The translations under genes and the position numbers were made by a program. The notes beneath the pieces were generated by a model. The model saw only the letters and a program-made list of their open reading frames with translations. It was not told the origin of the DNA and did not search any database. Below are positions 55,556 to 64,000 of a stretch of 64,000 bases of DNA, in pieces (within the stretch, counting starts at the first letter, position 1; the number at the start of each line of letters is the position of its first letter). This DNA comes from an uncultured Candidatus Poseidoniales archaeon (lineage in GTDB: Archaea > Thermoplasmatota > Poseidoniia > Poseidoniales > Poseidoniaceae): assembly GCA_964613395.1 (NCBI GenBank), contig CAZTGO010000006.1, positions 3,764 through 67,763 of the forward strand, in the 5' to 3' direction.

Positions 55556-57351
55556 TGTTCGACCTCATCTAATTTTGACTTGAGTTGCTGTAACATGATG
55601 TTCTGTTCGGGTTGACTCACCATTGGGGTTAATTTTTGTCCAATCCATGCTGAGATGTATATTGGGAATTGTTCAGTATCTACAATGAGAAGGATTGGTC
55701 CTTTCTTCAAACTGGTAACATCAAATGGTACATCCTCAATTGCGATTTGACCATCAAGCAACAAATCTCTTGCAAGTTCAATTGAAATTTTTACAGAAGA
55801 TGAGAGATGTTTGTCTGGGAATTGAACCACACCTTCATGCCTTAACCTCCATACGCCTTTCTTTTCAACAAAAATTGGGGAGCCAAGATGAATAACACGC
55901 AGCGGAGCAAACCTATGTTTAGGGTATTCAGCGTTTTTTGAATTTCGAGATGGTGGAGCGTGTAATCGTGATTGAATGACTTTGGGTGAAATCATGATTT
56001 TTTTGCCCCTTGACCAAAGCGATTCATCGGCCTTTTCGTGATTGAACAAAAGTCCGGAAGGAAGGTCTGGAAGATGAATGAAATCATCATCATCCCTAGG
56101 CTCGATTGTTCGGGAAGAATGAGTTTGCATTGGTATGTTGGTTGAATTTTTAACAAATTTAGCAACAAAAAATCCTCCAGTATTCTTTGATTCTGGCCAC
56201 AAACGTAGACAATGCTCGAGCGATTGCTGAATTTCAGTTTCTTGTTTTGGGCTCGTTCGCCTTCCTGCGAGGTCGATGTAATCTTCTTTTGGCGGCAACA
56301 TTTCAACTCGTGAATGTCTTGTTTCTAGCCATTGTTCTGGGGAAAGAACTGACGAACAAGTATTGTCCAACAAAGGCCAAGTTCGTTTTCCAGATTCAAA
56401 GACATGCTGACCGAAATACTCCGTGATGTTTTCCACTATGGAAAAATTAGGATTTGATCGGAGAAACTCTGCAACGACTGCTTCATTCTCAATCGGGTCA
56501 ATGCTACATGTCGAGTATACAAGTTGCCCCTGTTCCCTCAGCAAAGAACTCGCACGATCCAACAAATTTACTTGAAGTTTAAACATACTTTTACCGTCGG
56601 CTGGTGACCATTTCGACCATACTTCTGGATTTTTCCTCGTGGTTGCCGAACCAGTACATGGCGCATCAACAACGATTGCATCAAAACCTGGTTGGGGAAT
56701 GTTTGGAAAATGTCGTCCATCATGCTTTGTAACAACAATATTGTATAAACCCGCTCGGCTTCTATTGCTCGACAAGGTGTTTAAACGACCTGAAGATGGT
56801 TCATTTGCTATGACGGCTCCATTTGGAAATAAATGTTCAGCAAGTTGTGTTGTCTTCGAACCAGGTGATGCACACATATCGAGGATAATCATGTCATCGG
56901 AGTAGTCGATACATTCTGTGGGCACCATGCTTGCTACTTCTTGCCTCGTGATTCGACCGGTTTCATGCAAGGACCTTAGACTCTGTCGCACGAATTCATC
57001 CTCGCTTTTTCCTCGAGAAAATGGTAATGTATACGCTTGAATGTTTGGCAACCATTCGACTCTCTGACCACCAAAGGATTCAATCAATTCTTTTGTCCAA
57101 GAACTGTCAATTCTACTTTCGTGAACACGCAATGTTTCGGGAAGGCGTTCAATCGAGGAAGTTAGCCATGTGTTTTGATTTGAATGAAAGTGCCCCACAT
57201 ATTTTGCAAGAAGAGAATCTTGCGAAACCGAAATGATTTCACTTTCATTCAATATCTCACGAGCCACAATACAAGGTGAAGGAGTTCTTCTATTTTGAAT
57301 CCGCCATAATGAAAACTTACACCTCCTGCTCATTACATGCTCGGAGAACAT
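55552..57351 (-). CDS. RsmB/NOL1/NOP2/Sun family RNA m5C methyltransferase (start uncertain, possibly GTG 57267)
   Basis: RQEVASM, DMCASPGSKTTQL, VDAPCTG, VYSTCS...ENE, TGGFFVAKF. Confidence 0.93.
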   Translation of the reverse strand: MFSEHVMSRRCKFSLWRIQNRRTPSPCIVAREILNESEIISVSQDSLLAKYVGHFHSNQNTWLTSSIERLPETLRVHESRIDSSWTKELIESFGGQRVEWLPNIQAYTLPFSRGKSEDEFVRQSLRSLHETGRITRQEVASMVPTECIDYSDDMIILDMCASPGSKTTQLAEHLFPNGAVIANEPSSGRLNTLSSNRSRAGLYNIVVTKHDGRHFPNIPQPGFDAIVVDAPCTGSATTRKNPEVWSKWSPADGKSMFKLQVNLLDRASSLLREQGQLVYSTCSIDPIENEAVVAEFLRSNPNFSIVENITEYFGQHVFESGKRTWPLLDNTCSSVLSPEQWLETRHSRVEMLPPKEDYIDLAGRRTSPKQETEIQQSLEHCLRLWPESKNTGGFFVAKFVKNSTNIPMQTHSSRTIEPRDDDDFIHLPDLPSGLLFNHEKADESLWSRGKKIMISPKVIQSRLHAPPSRNSKNAEYPKHRFAPLRVIHLGSPIFVEKKGVWRLRHEGVVQFPDKHLSSSVKISIELARDLLLDGQIAIEDVPFDVTSLKKGPILLIVDTEQFPIYISAWIGQKLTPMVSQPEQNIMLQQLKSKLDEVEQ

Positions 57352-58683
57352 GCACCATGGATTGTTGCATTTTCTCTTTTATCTGGGCTCATATGGGTTG
57401 TCATCGAACGTGTTGATCATGCATTCAATGCAACAAACAACACGTCATTGCATCGATATGGACGAAATGTTGTTGCCTTGATGCCAATTCTTTCGGTTTC
57501 TATCCTCCTTTTTGACCGAATATACGACGCCCTCACATTACAGAAATTGAGATTAGAAGTTGCCCAATACTTAACACCAGAATCCACAAGTTTTGAGCGT
57601 CTTCAACTCGCCCTCAACGGCCAAGGAGCTGTTGAATTTGGACTTCTCTTGTTCCTTGTTTTTTCATTTTATTCCCATCAGCTCCCCAGCCTTCGCAAAT
57701 TGGATGTTCGCCTTCGTCAAGAATTCAGATATCGTATGATGCGACATGCAGGTTTTTGGATGGTCATTCTAGCCATCCCCCTCTTTCCTGACGAAATGTA
57801 TCTTCCAAAAACAATTGAATTCAGCGAGACTATTTTTGAAACTCTGCCATCATGGTATGTTCTAATATTTGCGATCATCTCAGGATTGAGTTTATGTTTT
57901 GCCGGTGAAATCTGGACAGCATACAGCATACAACACGCTGCTGATGAATTCAATATCCTCGTTCGAAATGCACGCCTAAAGGCTATTGTGTTGTTGGTGG
58001 TTTCATTTCTTTGCTTGAAAGAGTTTGACGAACAACTCCTGAGGAATCATCGTAATGACGTGTACAAAGAATTCGCATTCTTTGTTGTATCACTTTATCT
58101 GCTCATGTGCACAACGACTGTATCGATTTGGAAAAAAATTGATCGCCATATCTCCAATCAACATACTGGCAATCAATTACTGATGATTGTCATCGGTACT
58201 CTTTGTGTCTACACACTATCAGCATTGACGACCTTTGATGTAGGTCAATTTGAACTCTCAAGACTTCAATTGTTTATCCTCACCATGACAATATTTTCTT
58301 GGGTATTTTTTTGTGGAATTGCTGCAATGGGTTTGCCACCCCTTGGATTTGATACAGCAAAATCGCCTGAATTGTGGTGGTTTAGAACGATATTGTTGTT
58401 CTCGATGCCGTTAGCACTTTTCTTCAATGATAATGCGATATTGTTTGTTTCGATTTTTGTCGGCCTTTGTCTAGGTACCATTTCAAGCCAGTTCTTTGGA
58501 GAAATGAAACTTCAGAAGAAAAAGACAGCGGCAGGTGTGTGCCTCTCACTCATCATTCTCACCGGCTGTATTTCAGCACAGGGTTTGGGAATGGATAGTG
58601 CTGGATTATTGATTCTCTGGAGCATCGTTGGTGCTGTTTATTGGATTTTTTCGGAGTCGTTGATCTCAAAAATGAACATCTAA
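57337..58683 (+). CDS. Hypothetical polytopic membrane protein
   Basis: 448 aa with many hydrophobic segments. No family recognised. Confidence 0.7.
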   Translation: MLGEHAPWIVAFSLLSGLIWVVIERVDHAFNATNNTSLHRYGRNVVALMPILSVSILLFDRIYDALTLQKLRLEVAQYLTPESTSFERLQLALNGQGAVEFGLLLFLVFSFYSHQLPSLRKLDVRLRQEFRYRMMRHAGFWMVILAIPLFPDEMYLPKTIEFSETIFETLPSWYVLIFAIISGLSLCFAGEIWTAYSIQHAADEFNILVRNARLKAIVLLVVSFLCLKEFDEQLLRNHRNDVYKEFAFFVVSLYLLMCTTTVSIWKKIDRHISNQHTGNQLLMIVIGTLCVYTLSALTTFDVGQFELSRLQLFILTMTIFSWVFFCGIAAMGLPPLGFDTAKSPELWWFRTILLFSMPLALFFNDNAILFVSIFVGLCLGTISSQFFGEMKLQKKKTAAGVCLSLIILTGCISAQGLGMDSAGLLILWSIVGAVYWIFSESLISKMNI

Positions 58684-58744
58684 AATCGCAAAAAAATGAC
58701 ATTCTTTAGCGCGGCACTTATATGTCTTCAAGCCCACACACAAA

Positions 58745-59131
58745 ATGAAATCGAAAGATTTCAGGGGATGGGACCCTTTGAATTCAAACAGAAGGACGAG
58801 TTTACGCCAGTACACAATTCTCAACGGCCATCCGCGAACTTCGTGGAACCCGCTTGAAGATTTGAAAACATTGAAACAGCGAACGCAAAGAACGACATCT
58901 GAAATGATGGGGCAGCTTCAAATTCCACCACTCATTCGAATCGAGAACGACCATTGGGTCTTTGAGAAAATTGACGGAAACCTCTTCAAAGATTTGAAGC
59001 ACAAATTGGTTTTGAAGATTGGGTTAGAATCGAAAACGCTTGGAGCAACGAGGGATTTGGATACTGCTCTCTTTGTTGCAGGAAAGATTGCTGAGCGAGA
59101 AGGAAAAATTGTCCTCGTCGAATCAATATAA
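58745..59131 (+). CDS. Hypothetical protein
   Basis: 128-aa ORF filling the gap, with CTTATATG ~25 nt upstream. Confidence 0.6.
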   Translation: MKSKDFRGWDPLNSNRRTSLRQYTILNGHPRTSWNPLEDLKTLKQRTQRTTSEMMGQLQIPPLIRIENDHWVFEKIDGNLFKDLKHKLVLKIGLESKTLGATRDLDTALFVAGKIAEREGKIVLVESI

Positions 59132-59329
59132 TCAGGAAAAGATGTCCATGATTGCTTGGACAACCCCTTCATTAACAAGATAAAAGAAACCACCCAATAG
59201 AATGCAGGCCATGTAGACCTTTGTCGGTGAAATTTTCCAAGAATCCTCCGATTCTTCATCGAAATATCGAATTAAACCTGCGGCTTGCTGAATACCACCG
59301 CTATCCTTCTTCTTCGCCATGTCAATCAA
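59132..59329 (-). CDS. Preprotein translocase subunit Sec61beta
   Basis: GGIQQAAGLIRYFDEE...KISP followed by a single TM. Confidence 0.9.
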   Translation of the reverse strand: MIDMAKKKDSGGIQQAAGLIRYFDEESEDSWKISPTKVYMACILLGGFFYLVNEGVVQAIMDIFS

Positions 59330-59372
59330 CTCCTCGGATTCGACACCCCTTTATGAAAACATTGTGAAACTC

Positions 59373-60170
59373 TCACTCGTCTGATGTGGTGAGGTCGTTG
59401 GAATAATCGACAAATGGAACTTCGTCGAAGAGTATTGTTTCTGTTTCGGAGTCCATCGATTCTTTTGTTTGATTTCCCAATTGCGAAGATATCATCATTG
59501 CTTCGATACGAGAAAGGGCTCTTTCAACTGCAGGAGCATTTCGATCCATTAATGATTTTCGAGCAAACGATAACTCCGCTTCAATGAATTCAGTTTCTTC
59601 TCGGCTTATGCTTTGGTTTTGATGTACTCTCACTTGAATATGTTCAATTGCTTCTGTCAATTCTTCAGATGCATGCTCTGCATATCTTTTCCATTTTTTT
59701 GCATTCTCATCGAAGGAAGGGAGCTCTTGATTTCTTGCAAATGAATCATAGGAACGTATGTGCGACATTTCCCAAGGTGGTTGAGGCAAGACAGAAATGA
59801 TGTCAAAAATGATTCTCGTGCACACTGAAAAATCACCTTTGAATTCAAGGATATTGAGGTATCCAGAAGTGAACAGTCCAAAAAACCAATATGGTCGGGA
59901 GGTGATTGTTACCTCAACATCGCCACTCCGTGTTATGAATTTCCACTTTTGCTCGTTATATTCAGGCATTTCAATGAATCTCGGTGTTTCAGGTAAATCA
60001 AGGCATGTAAGAACAGCTTTTGCTATATCACCCAAGTAGACAACTTTGTTCGGTTTTGGAAAATTCTGGCCTCGCAACAAACCTGATTGGGTGTCAACCC
60101 TATGTTCTGAGGATGCTTTTCGAACCTGTGCCACCAATTGAATGGCGTGGTCATCAAGAGCAATTCCCAT
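59373..60170 (-). CDS. Hypothetical protein
   Basis: 265-aa ORF with no recognised motif. Confidence 0.65.
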   Translation of the reverse strand: MGIALDDHAIQLVAQVRKASSEHRVDTQSGLLRGQNFPKPNKVVYLGDIAKAVLTCLDLPETPRFIEMPEYNEQKWKFITRSGDVEVTITSRPYWFFGLFTSGYLNILEFKGDFSVCTRIIFDIISVLPQPPWEMSHIRSYDSFARNQELPSFDENAKKWKRYAEHASEELTEAIEHIQVRVHQNQSISREETEFIEAELSFARKSLMDRNAPAVERALSRIEAMMISSQLGNQTKESMDSETETILFDEVPFVDYSNDLTTSDE

Positions 60171-60273
60171 AGGCGAATCTTGTGGTCATCCCCTCATCAA
60201 TTCGTCGATAAGGTTGATTGAATGTTGACAAAGAGTTCAAATTAGTGTTGAAGCATGCGTATAACGGTGCGGA

Positions 60274-60747
60274 ATGACAAAAGGTGAGAAAAAAACTGGA
60301 CTTGATTCATTAGAAGGCGTTGGACCTGCAACAATAAAGAAATTGAAAGCAGCTAAAATTACAACTGTTGATGGACTTGCAAAAGCGTCTCAGAAATCTC
60401 TTGAGACCGCTGGAATCGCAGCCTCGACCGCTAAAAAAATCATTGGGGTTGCTAAACTTGCAAGCAAGTCGAAAACTGTCGCAAAGGCTGCTGGTTCCTC
60501 AGCAAAGAAAACAACGAAGAATGCCGCTAATAAAACCAAAGACGCAGCCAAAAATGCAGCTAAAAAAACATCAGATGTATCGAGCAAAGCTGTAGCCTCA
60601 TCAAAACAAGCAGCGAAGAAAGTTGTTGAAACGACAAAGCAATCTGCTGCTTCCCTCAAGCAAAAGGCATCTCAAGATAGAAAAGGGAAGAACATTTCAA
60701 TTCCTCGAAGCGTTCAAGACATGCCTTGGTTTAAGAAAAAAGAATAA
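60274..60747 (+). CDS. Helix-hairpin-helix domain protein with Lys/Ala-rich histone-H1-like tail
   Basis: LDSLEGVGPATIKKLKAAKITTVDGLA (HhH, as in the RadA N-terminus) followed by AAK/AKK repeats. Confidence 0.8.
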   Translation: MTKGEKKTGLDSLEGVGPATIKKLKAAKITTVDGLAKASQKSLETAGIAASTAKKIIGVAKLASKSKTVAKAAGSSAKKTTKNAANKTKDAAKNAAKKTSDVSSKAVASSKQAAKKVVETTKQSAASLKQKASQDRKGKNISIPRSVQDMPWFKKKE

Positions 60748-60760
60748 TCAGTCTTTTTCA

Positions 60761-61234
60761 TCAGCCATCGCTCTTCATCGGTAATTCGATCACAACTGTG
60801 TTAACGCCCTGTTCAGTAGCGATTTCAATCATTCTTCGAGTCCATTTCGATTTTGGCCCTGGAAACGCAAGCATATGAGTTGCGTAGCGAATCATGACTT
60901 GTCCCATGGCATCTGTTGCTTCAGGTCGACCGGAGTCTTCGACTTGATTTGGACGAGGTGATGCCCACATTTCCGTGAACACGCGCAATGCAATGTTGTT
61001 GTTATCAGCCCAGCGTTCAGCCAAAACATCTACACCACTCGCACCCCCTAAGATGACAACATCTGGATATCCGTTGAATTTTACCCATTGTTCCAACTGC
61101 TCCTCCAGCCATCCATAATTGTAAAATTTTGAATTTCCACAAATGATGAGTGAAACCACTTTTCCATCATTGTTCAAATCAATTCCAGCAATTGATTCCA
61201 AAAATTCGTCGTGTACTATACTACTTCCGGACAT
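60761..61234 (-). CDS. SLOG-superfamily (YspA/DUF2493-like) protein
   Basis: IICGNSKF, ILGGASGVDVLAERWA, LAFPG....T..MI..A. Confidence 0.8.
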   Translation of the reverse strand: MSGSSIVHDEFLESIAGIDLNNDGKVVSLIICGNSKFYNYGWLEEQLEQWVKFNGYPDVVILGGASGVDVLAERWADNNNIALRVFTEMWASPRPNQVEDSGRPEATDAMGQVMIRYATHMLAFPGPKSKWTRRMIEIATEQGVNTVVIELPMKSDG

Positions 61235-61369
61235 GTTATGTCATCAACTTGAAAGAATAAGAAGGTTACCTCAAAAAATCACTTTTTCAATGATTTTTTA
61301 CATAAATAGGAAAAAAATGAATTCTTTACCTCGTGAACCGATAGGTTAGAAGACTATCTTGTAGAAGAG

Positions 61370-61558
61370 ATGAGCATGCCAAGACGGAAATATGGCCGAC
61401 TTCGAAAGAATGTTGAGGTTCCACCGAAGGGCAACTGCTCAAGATGCCGCTCTGGCAAATTTTGTCCAATTGAAGGCCATTTCGGACAGGATGTTCAAGC
61501 GAACAAAGACTGGACTGGGCCTTCAAAGATTCAAAAGAGAACAAAATCTTCGTCGTAG
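61370..61558 (+). CDS. Small basic Cys/His protein
   Basis: MPRRKYGRLRK...CSRC-x5-C-x4-H. Fills the gap and ends 4 nt before the convergent xerA stop. Confidence 0.5.
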   Translation: MSMPRRKYGRLRKNVEVPPKGNCSRCRSGKFCPIEGHFGQDVQANKDWTGPSKIQKRTKSSS

Positions 61559-61562
61559 GAAC

Positions 61563-62762
61563 TTATTCTTCATCATCTGATAGGATCGTGGATGTTTCAT
61601 CCAATACCGACAAATGGTGTTCGTCATCTCGCTCTTCAAGAGCTCTCATTGATTGAGCACGGTGATAGACTTCCCGCAACGTTTGGTCTGATATTTCGAG
61701 ATATACACGGGTGGTTGCGATGGTTGCATGGCCCATTAATCGCTGAATTGAAACTAAATCTGCACCTCGTTCGAGGAGGCCTGTTGCAAAATTGTGCCGG
61801 AGAACGTGTGGTGTTAGTCTGCCTTGAGGAAGGCCAATTTCTGCTGAGAGTGCATCCATAATCCTTTGAATCGCCCTTGAATTTAGTCGCCGTCCGAATC
61901 GGTTCACAACTAAAGAATCTTGACTTTTTGATGCAAACGTCTCCCGGATTGGCAACCATTTTTGAATTGCTGACAAGGTTCGTTGTGTAAAAAGAACCAA
62001 GCGATCTTTGTCTCCCTTTCCGCCAATGACGCGCGCTGATGAATCTTCGATATCGATGTCTGTAACATTGAGTGCACATACCTCACTTACCCTAAGGCCT
62101 GTGTCGAGCATGAGGGTGACAATGAGGTCGGCATTTGGATTTTCACTGTCCCTCGCCGCTTCGATAACATCGCTTAATTCGCGTTTTGTGAGTGTTCTCG
62201 GTAACCGCTTTCCAACTCGAGAACGCAAAAGATGGTCTGGCCAACGATGACCAAGCCACTTGATGAGATGTCGCGCAGCTGCTAGGCGTGCATTGAATGT
62301 TGAGGGTTTTAAACTGTGAAGCGAATGAACCCAAACATCGATTCGTCCATTCATGGGTTCAAGACGATCAACGAGTTCACCAAGGCTCATGGATTCATAT
62401 TCTTGTTGAGTCAAGATTTTTTCGCCTGGTAAAACTGATTCGACGAGTGAACGGAGGCCATAAAAATAAGATTTTTGAGTGTTTTCTGATTTGTTTTCGG
62501 TCCGAAGTTGCTGCTCGTAACATTGTATCCAAGGGAGATGTTGAATGTGCAACAACCTCGCAGGAAGTTGGCGTGGCTCATTATCGAGTCGGGATTGTTT
62601 TGCATCTTGACTATCGCGATGTTGGCTCGGCCTTCGAGCCATTGGTTGAGGCATTCGCGCGTCTTTCTCGTTCATTGGCGTCACCGCCTGCTCACCGACG
62701 TGAGCGTGCATCCCATGTCCATTGGACATGTGGCAGTACACTTCACTCCTTAATGAAACCAT
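61563..62762 (-). CDS. xerA: XerA-like tyrosine recombinase (start uncertain)
   Basis: TGLRVSE, GKGDKDR, TPHVLRHNFATGLLERGADL..IQRLMGHATIATTRVY. All R-K-H-R-H-Y residues are present. Confidence 0.9.
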   Translation of the reverse strand: MVSLRSEVYCHMSNGHGMHAHVGEQAVTPMNEKDARMPQPMARRPSQHRDSQDAKQSRLDNEPRQLPARLLHIQHLPWIQCYEQQLRTENKSENTQKSYFYGLRSLVESVLPGEKILTQQEYESMSLGELVDRLEPMNGRIDVWVHSLHSLKPSTFNARLAAARHLIKWLGHRWPDHLLRSRVGKRLPRTLTKRELSDVIEAARDSENPNADLIVTLMLDTGLRVSEVCALNVTDIDIEDSSARVIGGKGDKDRLVLFTQRTLSAIQKWLPIRETFASKSQDSLVVNRFGRRLNSRAIQRIMDALSAEIGLPQGRLTPHVLRHNFATGLLERGADLVSIQRLMGHATIATTRVYLEISDQTLREVYHRAQSMRALEERDDEHHLSVLDETSTILSDDEE

Positions 62763-62865
62763 CGAAAAACAAGAGAAAAATCCTCTTCGAATTTCTATCT
62801 AGATTTTTTTCTCGTAAGATTGAAATAACTCCTCCACTACACAACCACTAGTTCAGTAGTGAACG

Positions 62866-63144
62866 GTGATGATTATGACGATAGGAATTGAACCACTTGC
62901 AGCCATGGTCCTGCTTGAGAAGGAAATTGCACCTGAGAAAACGGTATCTGGGTTATTGTTACCTGAAGAAGCCAGAGATAAGATGAACATCGGAACAATC
63001 CTAGCAGTTGGGCCAGATGTTGAGCATGTGAAGGTTGGCGACAAAGTCATCCACAGGTCGTTTGGTGGCACCAGTATCGAATGGCTTGGGATTGAATATT
63101 TACTGATCAAAGAGGAAGACTTACAGGCAAAAATAAACGAATGA
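62866..63144 (+). CDS. groES: Co-chaperonin GroES (bacterial type)
   Basis: IEPL..MVLL, mobile loop EKTVSGLLLP, GTILAVGP, VKVGDKV, YLLIKEEDL. Confidence 0.92.
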   Translation: MMIMTIGIEPLAAMVLLEKEIAPEKTVSGLLLPEEARDKMNIGTILAVGPDVEHVKVGDKVIHRSFGGTSIEWLGIEYLLIKEEDLQAKINE

Positions 63145-63152
63145 GGTGATGA

Positions 63153-63998
<846 letters not shown>

Positions 63999-64000
63999 GA

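Noticed and set aside
61273-61299. Inverted repeat near xerA as a dif site
   Set aside because: The symmetry gives an odd spacer rather than 11-6-11, and it lacks the inner TAA/TTA dif consensus.
61563-62762. Tyrosine recombinase as a provirus or island integrase
   Set aside because: It is not adjacent to a tRNA, I noticed no duplicated tRNA 3' end, and no viral or plasmid genes flank it.
62800-62865. CIRCE element before groES
   Set aside because: Only a 5-bp inverted repeat (CACTA-N6-TAGTG) is present, not TTAGCACTC-N9-GAGTGCTAA.

Overview
This is a gene-dense, mostly housekeeping archaeal chromosome segment. Gene content (L7Ae/S28e/L24e, aIF5B, aEF-1A, Sec61beta, FEN-1, GINS, PolB, deoxyhypusine synthase) is mixed with bacterial-type genes (GroES/GroEL, RibD, RmuC, YegS-like lipid kinase). 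Large TSP3/PKD/CARDB surface proteins and a 'GLPDGWTMEQWQWYG' tail are also present. Together these point to a Marine Group II euryarchaeon (Ca. Poseidoniales); this assignment is an inference from gene content. Four tRNAs were read directly (Ile-GAT, Leu-CAA, Arg-TCG, Ser-TGA). I found no CRISPR array, transposase or provirus. The most striking element is a heme-copper oxidase operon (coxII-coxI-coxIII-coxIV-sco, 46.6-53.3 kb) in which four of five proteins carry grafted metal-ligand-rich modules. CoxI has an exported Reeler-like CxCH domain, CoxII has a ~90-aa insertion, and CoxIII has a 17-His N-terminal module. The SCO chaperone has its CxxxC and His ligands split by two DUF4430-like repeats and an EGF-like module. 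Other candidates are a ParA plus RHH/small-ORF cassette with an operator over its TATA box, an AT-rich repeat region with ORB-like palindromes, a zinc-finger insertion in aIF5B, a P1B-ATPase with mixed CPC/HEAS motifs, a long coiled-coil protein, and two histone-H1-like small basic proteins. All family calls come from motif recognition by eye; no database searches were run.
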